Below, in pieces: positions 42,594 through 52,610 of a stretch of DNA of 64,000 nucleotides. Every line of letters begins with the position of its first letter. Position 1 is the stretch's first letter. The position numbers were made by a program, and so were the translations under genes. The stretch is from an uncultured cyanobacterium (GTDB lineage: Bacteria; Cyanobacteriota; Cyanobacteriia; Cyanobacteriales; Cyanobacteriaceae), in the NCBI GenBank assembly GCA_963749915.1, contig CAVVOP010000005.1, positions 426,182 through 490,181 of the forward strand, in the 5' to 3' direction. The notes under the pieces are model-generated. The model was not told where the DNA came from. It did no database searches and saw only the letters and a list, made by a program, of their open reading frames with translations.

Positions 42594-42735
42594 AATTTGA
42601 GAACGGATAGTCAATAATTGATAGTTGAGAATTAAGGCTCTTTCAGAGTAGGTGATTAATTATCATTTCATTACAGATAATGAATTGTTGGTTGATGTTG
42701 AAAATAGCAATTCTGAATCTGTTTGAACCCTCTAT

Positions 42736-43461
42736 TCAAGTTGATTCCCGCCATCGAGCTTGAGATTTTTGTAAAATAGCGATGGCATCTTCCACAGTCT
42801 CAACACAATCAGGAATAATCAGATCATCTTCATTAGCTAGACAAAATTCACCTTCACGCATATGTTTTTTTGCCCATGCCACTAAATCAAACCACATTTC
42901 TCCGACCATAATCAGAGGTATACTACGAATATGCCGTACTTGTAATAGTTGCCAAATCATAAATGCTTCCAGTGTAGTCCCAATACCACCAGGAACGACC
43001 ACAAAAGCGTCAGAAATCAAGACAAATTGATGTAATCGAGAAAAGAAAGTTTGATGTTGAAAGACTTCTTCGACAAAGGGATTCTCCTTTTGTTCAAAGC
43101 CTAAATTGATCCGAATACCAATGGATTGAGTCTGGTTGGTAGGGTCGGCAATTACACTACCTTCATTCGCCGCTTCCATTAATCCCGGGCCTCCTCCTGT
43201 GACAATATCACATCCCATCTCCGTCAGTTGATGAGCCAGGCACTTGACTTGTTCATAAATTAGTGAGTTTTTACCAATTCGTGCCGAGCCAAAAATAGTG
43301 ACTCGATAGCGTTTTCGTTTAGGAGGACGTAAGCTAGTTAAACCATTGATGACATCCCATAATTGAACCACTGCTTGTTTAACGACTTGCAAAGTTGCTT
43401 CAGGATCATTAAAACTAACAGTCTGCCGCGAGATAGATTTGGAGTCTCGATCGTCTTGCAT
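42736..43461 (-). CDS. LOG family nucleotide phosphoribohydrolase
   Basis: VTIFGSAR, TGGGPGLMEA, FFSR and PGGIGTTLE. Confidence 0.92.
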   Translation of the reverse strand: MQDDRDSKSISRQTVSFNDPEATLQVVKQAVVQLWDVINGLTSLRPPKRKRYRVTIFGSARIGKNSLIYEQVKCLAHQLTEMGCDIVTGGGPGLMEAANEGSVIADPTNQTQSIGIRINLGFEQKENPFVEEVFQHQTFFSRLHQFVLISDAFVVVPGGIGTTLEAFMIWQLLQVRHIRSIPLIMVGEMWFDLVAWAKKHMREGEFCLANEDDLIIPDCVETVEDAIAILQKSQARWREST

Positions 43462-43482
43462 AAGATACTTCCCATACCTAAA

Positions 43483-44808
43483 CTATAATATTAGCGAAGC
43501 TCTTTCTGCCAATAGTGAACGTTCACCCTTAACTAAGGTAATATGACCAGCAATAGATTCTTGCTTAAATTTCTCGACAACATATGTTAATCCATTGCTA
43601 CAAGCATCTACATAAGGATTATCAATTTGTTCTATATCCCCTGTTAAAATTACTTTAGTATTTTCTCCCGCTCGAGTGAGAATTGTTTTTACTTCGTGGG
43701 GAGTGAGATTTTGAGCTTCATCCACAATCAAAAATTGTTTGGGAATAGTACGACCTCGAATATAAGTCAGTGGCTCTATTTTAAGTAAATTTAACTCCAT
43801 TAATTCTTCATATCCTCGTCGCCAATGAGGGGGTTTGCCAGTACTTTCTTGGGTATCAAAAATCAAATCTAAATTGTCGTATAAAGGTTGCATCCAAGGA
43901 GTTAGCTTTTCCTTTAATTCTCCTGGTAGATACCCTATATCTCTTCCCATGGGTACCACTGGACGAGAAATTAGGAGTTGATTATATAAGCGTTCATTGG
44001 CAACTTTTTCCACTCCAGCGGCTAAGGCAAGAAGAGTTTTGCCGGTACCAGCTTTACCAACGAGGGTTACTAACTGGATTGAATCTTGCAGTAGTAGTTC
44101 AAAGGCAAATCTTTGTTCTCGATTCCGAGCAGAAATACTGGCCACTGGAGATAACGCAGATTTATGAAGACTGACAATATTACCGTTATTTCCTTCACAA
44201 ATACCTAAAGCGGTATGGGAGGTGTTTGTTTCATCGATCAAAGTTATTGCTTGATTCGGAAAAAACTTTGCTTCTACCAGGAGAGAATCTTGTCGATAAA
44301 ATTTTTGTAATTCGTCAGTCCCCACTAGTATTTCCGCAGTTCCCGTGTATAGTTCATCGACATTAACTTTGTCTGTTTCATAATCTTCGGTTTTTAAACC
44401 CAGTACATCGGCTTTAATCCGTAAATTGGTATCTTTACTAACTACGATTACTGGACAATTGCACTGTTTTTTCGTGGCGATCGCCACTGCTAGGATCGCA
44501 TTATCTGCTAGATTTCCCTCTAGATCTGGTGGTAGGGATTGTAATATTTGCGGATCACACAACGCAACCCTTAAAATACCTCCATCTTCAAGGTCAATAC
44601 CTTTAGTCAGTGAGCCCTTTTTACTCAAATTATCAAGGGTACGTGAAACTTGTCGAGCATTACGTCCAATGGCCTCAATTTGTTTTTTAAAGTGATCTAT
44701 TTCCTCAATAATAGTAATAGGCAATACCACTTCATTATCCTTGAACGATAGCATTGCATTAGGATCGTGAAGCAATACATTCGTATCGATTACAAAAATC
44801 TTTTTCAT
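43483..44808 (-). CDS. PIN-PhoH fusion protein (PhoH2/YlaK type)
   Basis: PIN domain DTNVLL/EEID/ADN/SKD; PhoH ATPase GKAGTGKT, RGRT, DEAQN, GD.EQID. Confidence 0.93.
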   Translation of the reverse strand: MKKIFVIDTNVLLHDPNAMLSFKDNEVVLPITIIEEIDHFKKQIEAIGRNARQVSRTLDNLSKKGSLTKGIDLEDGGILRVALCDPQILQSLPPDLEGNLADNAILAVAIATKKQCNCPVIVVSKDTNLRIKADVLGLKTEDYETDKVNVDELYTGTAEILVGTDELQKFYRQDSLLVEAKFFPNQAITLIDETNTSHTALGICEGNNGNIVSLHKSALSPVASISARNREQRFAFELLLQDSIQLVTLVGKAGTGKTLLALAAGVEKVANERLYNQLLISRPVVPMGRDIGYLPGELKEKLTPWMQPLYDNLDLIFDTQESTGKPPHWRRGYEELMELNLLKIEPLTYIRGRTIPKQFLIVDEAQNLTPHEVKTILTRAGENTKVILTGDIEQIDNPYVDACSNGLTYVVEKFKQESIAGHITLVKGERSLLAERASLIL

Positions 44809-44926
44809 GAGGGTTGTGAGTGAATTAATTAAATTAAATACTTAAATAATGTTCTACTACACGCTTAATGCAAATTAGAGTTAGAAAGCCTTGTAATGGC
44901 GTTGATAATTCAAAAAAATACCACTT

Positions 44927-44942
44927 TGTGATTCACATCAGA
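44927..44942. promoter_or_regulatory. CRP-like box upstream of PIN-PhoH
   Basis: TGTGA-ttcaca-TCAGA, one mismatch from TGTGA-N6-TCACA, about 120 bp upstream of the ATG. Confidence 0.35.
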
Positions 44943-45122
44943 CGTTGAGTACTTAATTTAATTATACCAAGAAAGCCTATTAGCTCTCGTAATGCTTGAT
45001 GATAATAAAGAATGAAGGATCAAGAAATAATTATCACTTTACTCGATTTTGGGCTTAAACGAGAAGTATTGTTGTGCTATATTCTGGGAAACTTTTAGCT
45101 GGTTGGTTTAACATTATGAAAA

Positions 45123-46667
45123 TTATTCTGGGGTTTTATCTTTAACATTTTTCACAATCCGGGATAATTCCGTCTTCTCGTCAATACTAATACGAGTGGG
45201 AGAGCCGCTAATAATACGCTCATAGTTCCGAAAAGAATCCTTAATGTCTGGTCCTTCTTTACTGATACTATATTCTCGGATACCTTTGTCATGCCAGGAT
45301 CCCCTCATTTTAAAAACGTTGATTGCCCTGGACATTTCTCCTCTAATCTCAACGTACTGCAACATTAAAATCGTGTCGGTAATAGTGGAAATATGGGATT
45401 CTGTGATGGAATGGGCACCCATAAATTGATCGGTGGTATTGGTAAAAAATCCGGTAATTTCTTCCTGTTTAGCGTATCCGGTCACTCCGATGACAAATTG
45501 ACGAAAAGCATTATTTGTGACCCCTCTGGCCAAAGCTGACAAGGAGTCGATGGCAATACGGCTAGGTTTAAATTCAGCAATCTCGCATTTAATCATCTGT
45601 AAATGATCCTCTAACCCTGCCGATTCAGGATAAGAACATAATAATTTCAAGAGTCCTTTTTGTTCCATTTCTTCAAAATCAATACCCCATGAAGAGGCAT
45701 TACGAGACAGTTGTGCCCGCGATTCTTCATAGGCGAATAAAATTGCTTTTTCTCCTTGTCGGCAACCTTCTTCTAAAAATTTACTAACTAACAGGGTTTT
45801 GCCGGTGCCTGTAGCACCTGTAGCCAAAATGATGGAATCCTTAAAGAAACCGCCCCCGCACATCTGATCAAGGGTTTTAATCCCAGAGGAACTGCGAGTG
45901 TTGGAGGATCTTTGGGTGAGTTGCATAGCACCAAGGGGAAAGATATTAATACCGTCGCCGGTGATTGTAAAAGGATATTCCCCTTTCATGTGGGTTGTAC
46001 CTCGTAACTTTAATATTTCAGCCGTCCGTCTTCTTCTTTCTCCTTCTAATACATTGCGCACAATTACCACGTTATCCGACACAAATTCTTCGACGCCAAA
46101 CCTTGCAACAGGTCCATATTCTTCGAGTCTTTCGGTGGTCATTACAGATGTTACGCCCAATAATTTTAATCTAGCTACGAGGCGGAAGATTTCCCTTCTA
46201 ACAACGGAAGCGGCATCGTATTGTTGAAAAACGGCGGTAACCGAGTCGATAGATACCAATTTGGCTTGATATTTTTTGACAGCATATTGGATTCTTTCAA
46301 TTAAAGCTGACAGATCAAAGTTACCAACGACTTCTTGCCCTTCAGGATCTGGTGATGCGTCTAATATAAATAGTTTACCTTCGTCAATTAAACTTTGTAA
46401 ATCCCATCCAAAACTATAGGCATTTTGAATAATATCATTGGGAGATTCTTCGAAGGTAATAAATAAACCTGGATATTGAAAATATTTGATACCATGATAT
46501 AAAAACTGGATGGCAAAAAGGGTTTTTCCAGTACCGGAAGTCCCACTAATAAGAGTGGTTCTACCTATGGGTAAACCACCATGAGTTATTTCATCAAACC
46601 CTTCGATCATAGTGCGAATTTTTTTTACCCCTTTTGCTTTTAATTCTTCTTTTTTTATAAGACTCAT
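45123..46667 (-). CDS. kaiC: Circadian clock protein KaiC
   Basis: Two P-loops (GTSGTGKT, GATGTGKT) and phospho-site ITESHISTITD. Confidence 0.99.
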   Translation of the reverse strand: MSLIKKEELKAKGVKKIRTMIEGFDEITHGGLPIGRTTLISGTSGTGKTLFAIQFLYHGIKYFQYPGLFITFEESPNDIIQNAYSFGWDLQSLIDEGKLFILDASPDPEGQEVVGNFDLSALIERIQYAVKKYQAKLVSIDSVTAVFQQYDAASVVRREIFRLVARLKLLGVTSVMTTERLEEYGPVARFGVEEFVSDNVVIVRNVLEGERRRRTAEILKLRGTTHMKGEYPFTITGDGINIFPLGAMQLTQRSSNTRSSSGIKTLDQMCGGGFFKDSIILATGATGTGKTLLVSKFLEEGCRQGEKAILFAYEESRAQLSRNASSWGIDFEEMEQKGLLKLLCSYPESAGLEDHLQMIKCEIAEFKPSRIAIDSLSALARGVTNNAFRQFVIGVTGYAKQEEITGFFTNTTDQFMGAHSITESHISTITDTILMLQYVEIRGEMSRAINVFKMRGSWHDKGIREYSISKEGPDIKDSFRNYERIISGSPTRISIDEKTELSRIVKNVKDKTPE

Positions 46668-46738
46668 TGTTTAAATTAAGATTAAATTATTTATTTTAAA
46701 AAGTAGCTTTATTATGATTAGATAATGTTCAAATTAAG

Positions 46739-47044
46739 TTATTCTCGATCCCGGATTTCTTCATAAAGTAAATCTAAACCAATCAAAACTTTTTCTCTAT
46801 CAGAAAGATCCCCGATAATTTTACGCACGGGGGGAGGTAAAACTTTAGAGAGGGTTGGAGTCGCTAAAATTTTATCTTCTTCTGCTAGTTGAGGATTTTT
46901 TAAAACATCAATAACTTTAAGGGCATAAACTCCTTTAAACTCTTCCTCAAGGATGTCTTTTAAGGTTTTTAATGCTCGGACGGAATTAGGTGTATTCCCC
47001 GCTACATATAATTTAAGTACATAAGTTTTTTTTAAAGGACTCAT
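46739..47044 (-). CDS. kaiB: Circadian clock protein KaiB
   Basis: [14 protein letters not shown]...[21 protein letters not shown]. Confidence 0.99.
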   Translation of the reverse strand: MSPLKKTYVLKLYVAGNTPNSVRALKTLKDILEEEFKGVYALKVIDVLKNPQLAEEDKILATPTLSKVLPPPVRKIIGDLSDREKVLIGLDLLYEEIRDRE

Positions 47045-47100
47045 AAAGATTGTTAAATCAATTATTTATTATGTTTTATATTTTATTCTTGTTTTTGTCT

Positions 47101-48072
47101 TTAATCGATCGGAAATAGAACTTCAAAAGGGAGATCTTCTTTGGGAATAGAACGGCGATACATTTCACAAAGATGTGCAATAATATCAATTAATGCTAAA
47201 CGATAATCTATCAATATATCTTCATTTCTCCCCTCTAATTTTAATTGTTGCGCAAATTCATCCATTAATTCCATATGAATTTCTAAGATTTGAGATACAG
47301 ATAAGTCAGCAAAGAAGGCTTGGTTAACGAATTGATCTATGGCTTGATTTACCTCACTTTCTGCTCTAAAATACTCTAAAATAATATCCCTATAATCTAC
47401 TCTTAATTGCTTAATTAATTCATTTTTTTCAGTTTGAGCAAGATAACGATAAAAACAATTGGGGTTTCTATTATAATAAACCCCTAAATATCCTAGTCTT
47501 TCTTTCAGTTTTTCTGCCAATCTTCTTTGTTGTAACAGTAAAAAATTCTGTTTTTGTTCTATTTGTTTTGATGTTTGATGACTATGGGGATTTTCAATAA
47601 TTGAACAACTAGGTGCAAGATGCAAAAATTGGGCAATGGCTTTATCAATATAATTAATGATATTCCCCATTTGTCTTAATCTTATTCTCACTTCGGCAGT
47701 ATGGTAAAGATGATGAACGGAATCGGATTCTCCGAGAATATCTTTATTTTGCTTAGTGTCTGAACCCATTATGGAGGATTCTGTGGATAAATCGAGATCG
47801 TCAGGTTCAAGAATAATGGCGGGCAAGATTAATCCTTGTTCATAAAATTCGTTGATTATGGATGTGCTAACATTATCATTGAGAATGATTAAACAGTCTA
47901 ATTTTTCTTTATTATCTACGACAAATTCTTTTAGTTCTATTACAGAGTTTAGTATGTGCAAATGATAGCGATCGCACACGGACAATTTACCATCTCCACT
48001 CAATAACTGGGTTAGAGAGTGAACAATTTGCACTACGGGAACAAAAATACAAATGGACAATCGAGAAGACAA
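47101..48072 (-). CDS. kaiA: Circadian clock protein KaiA (TTG start)
   Basis: QQRRLAEKLKERLGYLGVYY, EIHMELMDEF and IAHLCEMYRRSIP. Confidence 0.97.
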   Translation of the reverse strand: MSSRLSICIFVPVVQIVHSLTQLLSGDGKLSVCDRYHLHILNSVIELKEFVVDNKEKLDCLIILNDNVSTSIINEFYEQGLILPAIILEPDDLDLSTESSIMGSDTKQNKDILGESDSVHHLYHTAEVRIRLRQMGNIINYIDKAIAQFLHLAPSCSIIENPHSHQTSKQIEQKQNFLLLQQRRLAEKLKERLGYLGVYYNRNPNCFYRYLAQTEKNELIKQLRVDYRDIILEYFRAESEVNQAIDQFVNQAFFADLSVSQILEIHMELMDEFAQQLKLEGRNEDILIDYRLALIDIIAHLCEMYRRSIPKEDLPFEVLFPID

Positions 48073-48177
48073 AAGATTTTATTTATTACTCTAAATTATT
48101 GACTCTGCTATATGTTAGCCTGACAGGGAATTAATTAGCAATTACCAACTAATTGACAATGAACAATTATTTTCTTA

Positions 48178-48194
48178 ACAGGCAAGATGCCTGT
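48178..48194. repeat. Short palindromic REP-like repeat
   Basis: acaggc-aagat-gcctgt, resembling a dispersed cyanobacterial palindrome (from memory). Confidence 0.5.
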
Positions 48195-48230
48195 AAAATT
48201 AACCGAGGTGACCTAAATAAATATTAATAT

Positions 48231-48644
48231 TTAGGAAGAAAAATTATTAAGTATGGGACGATTAAAGGATGATTCCATGATCCGAAAGGGTTTTTCGTGC
48301 CAATCCACGGCCCAATTTTGCTCATTTAAGTATTTGAGTAAAGGCATGACTAATTCTAGGTTGCGACAAAACCAATATTGTTTTTCTTGCTCCTGATCTG
48401 TAAAAATGATTTGATATTGATAAGCATAACCTAATGTTCTTAGTAACCCAGGATATTTTTTTAACTCTCGTTTTATTTGTGATTGAGAGTAGGTGATAAT
48501 ACTATTTTTTTGAAAGTGATAAGGGATTTTTACCTGGGGTTTCGGAGATTGTTTTAAGGGTGTAGAAGCATTAATCTTCTCCGGATATATAATTACTTTT
48601 GGCTTGGGTTTTTTAGGATAAAAGGGAAACATTATCTTCACCAT
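48231..48644 (-). CDS. Hypothetical protein
   Basis: 137-aa ATG ORF filling the gap, co-oriented with neighbours. Confidence 0.65.
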   Translation of the reverse strand: MVKIMFPFYPKKPKPKVIIYPEKINASTPLKQSPKPQVKIPYHFQKNSIITYSQSQIKRELKKYPGLLRTLGYAYQYQIIFTDQEQEKQYWFCRNLELVMPLLKYLNEQNWAVDWHEKPFRIMESSFNRPILNNFSS

Positions 48645-48718
48645 GGGGGAATGAGAGAATAGGAAAAAAATTTTTGATTACAATGAAATTCAATCAATTT
48701 TTTTTGGGCTGTAAGTAC

Positions 48719-50029
48719 TTAATAATAATAATTGGAAGATTGAAGGTTTGTTTCTGGTGCAAATGCTAACCATAAAGGAAATTTTAGCAAGGACAGACTG
48801 ACGTTGTCATCGCTTTGATCCATTATTACCAATGGTAAATCTTTTTCTTCCAAAATACGATCGCCTTTCTGGATGAGGGACTCTGGTGTTTCAAACAAGA
48901 CGACCCCACGATTGGGACCAAAATCACTGCGAGAAATACCTAAACAATCCTGTAAACCTCTGCGCCATTCCCCCAATCTCTCCGGTGTATCCGCCAAGAT
49001 TAAAGTTCGACTGCGATCGCCATATAATTTATAAAGAATAGATATAATAGCCGAAGCCACTAAAATATTTTGTAATCTAGTTCCCATACTGCGTAAAGCA
49101 CCTCGTCCCCCCAGGGTAAAAAACCATTCAGCCACCCTTTCAGCGTGAATAGGTTCAAAAGTGCGGCGTAATTGCCAAGGTGAGCCATAATAATCAGGTT
49201 TCGTGCGATATTGGTCCAATAAACTACGAATTTGACGAGTTTCCTCCTTAAAGTTTTTTTCCACAAATTGGGGATTAGGGTTATTATTTTGTGTACTATA
49301 AGTAGTATCGTCAGAGGCTTCCCATGATTGAGAAGGAGTGTTAGATAACTCCAATTGTTCGGCGGCGGCGGCTAAATCCTGTAAACTACCGACTAAATAA
49401 TCTTTAAAACCTTGAACTCGAATAGCCAAGTCCTGAGAAACTCCAGAAAAAGTGGTCTTCATTTCCCGTTCAATTTTTTCCCGACGGCGCTCTAATTTTT
49501 GTATGGTTAATTCTAAGTTTTGTTTTTTTTCTTCTAACTCTTTTAAGCCTTCTTGAACTAATAAATTGAGGCTGGAAGTAATAGCTTCTTGCTGGTTAAT
49601 TAATTCTTGTTTTTTTTGTTGCAAAACCTGAATTTCTGTGATTAATTTATCGGGTTTATTCTTTATATTCTTTTCAATTTTATCTTCAGATTCTGATAAT
49701 AATGTGATAGGTTGATCCTGTTCATTTTTCGATGAGGAATGAATATCTGTTTCATCTAATAAATCAGTATTTATTTCTTCTAAGTCTAATGTAGATAAAT
49801 TAGTTTCTGCTAAATTTTCTGTAGATAATTTCCCACTAATTAACTCTTTTTTTTCATTATCTATAGGTAGTTCTAAAGAAGTATTTTCCGTTGATTCTTC
49901 TGTTATGTTCTCTTCTAATGGTGTCTCAAGGTTATCTTGTTTATTTGATTGCATTTCCCACAAATCATTATCATTGAAACTTTCTAAATTAACATTTTGA
50001 TCTTGATTATCTTTGTTGTGATCTGACAT
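48719..50029 (-). CDS. DUF3086 family protein
   Basis: Acidic N-terminus, coiled coil, RVQGFKDYLVGSLQDL, PWQLRRTFE and GEWRRGLQDCLG. Confidence 0.88.
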   Translation of the reverse strand: MSDHNKDNQDQNVNLESFNDNDLWEMQSNKQDNLETPLEENITEESTENTSLELPIDNEKKELISGKLSTENLAETNLSTLDLEEINTDLLDETDIHSSSKNEQDQPITLLSESEDKIEKNIKNKPDKLITEIQVLQQKKQELINQQEAITSSLNLLVQEGLKELEEKKQNLELTIQKLERRREKIEREMKTTFSGVSQDLAIRVQGFKDYLVGSLQDLAAAAEQLELSNTPSQSWEASDDTTYSTQNNNPNPQFVEKNFKEETRQIRSLLDQYRTKPDYYGSPWQLRRTFEPIHAERVAEWFFTLGGRGALRSMGTRLQNILVASAIISILYKLYGDRSRTLILADTPERLGEWRRGLQDCLGISRSDFGPNRGVVLFETPESLIQKGDRILEEKDLPLVIMDQSDDNVSLSLLKFPLWLAFAPETNLQSSNYYY

Positions 50030-50089
50030 AATAATTTTTATAATTGTTTAATTATAAATAAATTTTAAAAAAATTATCTTGAATATAAA

Positions 50090-50473
50090 TTATTTTTTTT
50101 GAGAACAATATTTTTCTAAACATTCTCTTAAGGTATTAGCATCAAAGATAATAGGTAAAAAATGAATACTTTTCACTTCTTTAAAGTATAACAAAATAGG
50201 TACAGATTGCCAATATATTTTCCAATTTTCCCACTCGGTATAAGGAAAAGTTCTAATATTTTTTTCCCCACGGTAAACATCTAAAGCAGTAGGGGTAAAT
50301 GTTAATTTAATTAGATTTGTTTGAACTAATAAAAATACCCCAAAAATGGTAACTACTAATCCGACTATCATTGACCATAAAGTTAAGGCAATGCCACTGA
50401 TGATGATTACTGTGGGAATATTATAATTAGGTCTTAAGGTGATGCTATCGGGGGTTAAAACAGTACTTTTCAT
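50090..50473 (-). CDS. DUF3119 family protein
   Basis: FPY.EW.NW.I.W...PIL.YFKEV.SIHFLPI; adjacent to the DUF3086 gene. Confidence 0.88.
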   Translation of the reverse strand: MKSTVLTPDSITLRPNYNIPTVIIISGIALTLWSMIVGLVVTIFGVFLLVQTNLIKLTFTPTALDVYRGEKNIRTFPYTEWENWKIYWQSVPILLYFKEVKSIHFLPIIFDANTLRECLEKYCSQKK

Positions 50474-50657
50474 TACTTTTTTCTGGGAAATATTTATTGA
50501 ATACAATATTTATTGTATAGCAATTTTTATGGTTAATTAAAGCCTACTGAAAAACTTTTTCGATCAGGCTTTTAGATTCCTATAGCCGAAACCTAATTGT
50601 TAATTGTCGAAGAATCGACTATAATCTCACTCAGTTAATTATAAGAGGTTATAGTAT

Positions 50658-50834
50658 ATGCCGTACACCAGAGATGATGGGGGCAGAATTAATAATTTTG
50701 CCAATGAACCAAAAGTTTATTCAGCTGAACCACCTACCACAAAAGAAAAACGGAACTATGTTCTTCTTGGAGTTATTGGTGTTCTTCTCGTTGTGGGAGT
50801 AATTACCATCGCCGTTTTTGCTTCTAATATGTAA
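50658..50834 (+). CDS. psb34: PSII assembly factor Psb34 (Ssl1498 family), 58 aa
   Basis: MPYTRDDGGRINNFANEPKVY...single C-terminal TM helix; AGAGG SD upstream. Not in the ORF track. Confidence 0.9.
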   Translation: MPYTRDDGGRINNFANEPKVYSAEPPTTKEKRNYVLLGVIGVLLVVGVITIAVFASNM

Positions 50835-50859
50835 ATATGTAGTATAAAATCATAAATTT

Positions 50860-50887
50860 AAGGGTTAATGTCATTAACCCTTTCTTT
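50860..50887 (+). terminator. Intrinsic terminator after psb34
   Basis: aagggttaatg-t-cattaaccctt followed by a T-rich tail. Confidence 0.75.
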
Positions 50888-50905
50888 GCTCGATGGTAAC
50901 TATAG

Positions 50906-52372
50906 TTAAACTAAAATTAAACTACTACGAGGGGGTAAAGTTAAAGATAATATGGAATTTCCTGGGATTTTATTGCTTAAAAATGAGCCTTCTCCAAAGA
51001 TAATTTTATCGATATTTCCCTCCCATTCTAAGGTTATTTCCTGTAAGTTAGTATCTATATTAACCGCTATTATTATTGTTTCTTGGTCTAAATTACGACT
51101 AAAAATATAGATGTTTTCTTCGGCTTTTAATACTTGATATTTACCCCGTCTTAAAGCAGGATATTCATGTCTTAACTGAATTAATTTTTTATGGTAATTC
51201 CACAGATTTTGATTCCCTTCTTGAAAGTCGGGAAAACTACGCCGTGAGTCAGGATCAAAACCTCCCTGTAACCCTATTTCATCTCCATAATAAATACTAG
51301 GTGCCCCAGGAAAGGTCAATAATAATAAGGTAGATAATTCTACAGTTTTGATGTCATCTCCCGCAATGGTTAACAATCGTGCTGTATCATGACTGGCTAA
51401 TAAGTTAAGTTGAGTTAGGGTTATTTCCCAATGGTAGAGGTTAAGTAAATGTTCTATTTTTTCTTGATATTCTTGAGCATTAATAGCAGGATAGGGATAA
51501 TAGGAGGGTATTTCCACATGTTCTCTTAAAATACGATCGCCACCACAAAAAGCTATAGTTGCCTCAGTGAAAAGATAATTCATCACTCCGTCAAATTGAT
51601 TACCATCTAACCATTGACGTGCATCCGTCCAAATTTCTCCGACAATATAGGCGTTTGGATTAATGGCTTTAACTCTGGTGCGAAATTCCTGCCAAAAACC
51701 CTCTTCTTTCACTTCATTGGGGACATCTAACCGCCATCCGTCAATGCCCTGATTTAACCAATATTCTGCTACTTGCATGATATATTCTTTAACCTGCGGA
51801 TTACGGTGATTAAATTGGGGTAAAGCACGATTATCAACCCAACTCCCATAATTGGCAGGCAAAGATCCATCATAGGCAGAAAGAGGCCATCCCTCAATGT
51901 CAAACCAATCTAACCAAGGGGAATGAGGACCATTTTCGAGAATGTCATTAAAAAAGAAAAATCCTCGCCCTACATGATTAAAAACCCCATCTAAAACCAC
52001 TTTAATGTTTCTGTTATGTGCCTGTTGCAAAAATTCAGCAAAGGCATAATTACCCCCTAAAAGAGGATCAATTTGGTAGTAATCATGAGTGTGGTAACGA
52101 TGGTTACAGGTAGATTGAAAAATGGGGGTAAAATAAATGGCATTAATGCCTAAATCTTGGAGGTAGTCTAGTTGATCTATAACTCCCCAAAAGTTACCAC
52201 CTTTATATTTTTGTGGGGTAGGGAGAGTTTCCCATGATTCTAGGTTGGATGATTGCCAATAATGATTATAGGGGTAAAGTGGATTTCCTTTGGCGAATCG
52301 ATCGGGAAATATTTGATAAAAAACAGCATCTTTAACCCAATCTGGAGTATTAATATTCGTGGGAATTGTCAT
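50906..52372 (-). CDS. GH13 neopullulanase/cyclomaltodextrinase-like glycoside hydrolase
   Basis: FYQIFPDRF, DGVFNH, GWRLDV, GEIW, SHDT and YYGDE. Confidence 0.93.
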   Translation of the reverse strand: MTIPTNINTPDWVKDAVFYQIFPDRFAKGNPLYPYNHYWQSSNLESWETLPTPQKYKGGNFWGVIDQLDYLQDLGINAIYFTPIFQSTCNHRYHTHDYYQIDPLLGGNYAFAEFLQQAHNRNIKVVLDGVFNHVGRGFFFFNDILENGPHSPWLDWFDIEGWPLSAYDGSLPANYGSWVDNRALPQFNHRNPQVKEYIMQVAEYWLNQGIDGWRLDVPNEVKEEGFWQEFRTRVKAINPNAYIVGEIWTDARQWLDGNQFDGVMNYLFTEATIAFCGGDRILREHVEIPSYYPYPAINAQEYQEKIEHLLNLYHWEITLTQLNLLASHDTARLLTIAGDDIKTVELSTLLLLTFPGAPSIYYGDEIGLQGGFDPDSRRSFPDFQEGNQNLWNYHKKLIQLRHEYPALRRGKYQVLKAEENIYIFSRNLDQETIIIAVNIDTNLQEITLEWEGNIDKIIFGEGSFLSNKIPGNSILSLTLPPRSSLILV

Positions 52373-52610
52373 TAGTTAATTAGGGTTTGCTAAAAATTTA
52401 AATCTCAGTAAAACTAATTTTAAACACAGATTTTTGACTGAAATCAGGAGGAGTAAACATAGTACTCGACTCTCTACTTTTTCCGTATAACCGGATAATT
52501 ACTCAAATTATAGGTGTAAAATGCCAATAAAAACTTCTGAAAATGGTGTAGATGCCGAATTTTCTATTAAGATAAAGTTTATTTAAGCCATAATTTACTA
52601 GTCTTCCTTT

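Noticed and set aside
52381..52570. Possible MITE remnant starting TAGGGTTTGCT
   Set aside because: I could not find a matching second terminal repeat, so it is not supportable without a genome search.
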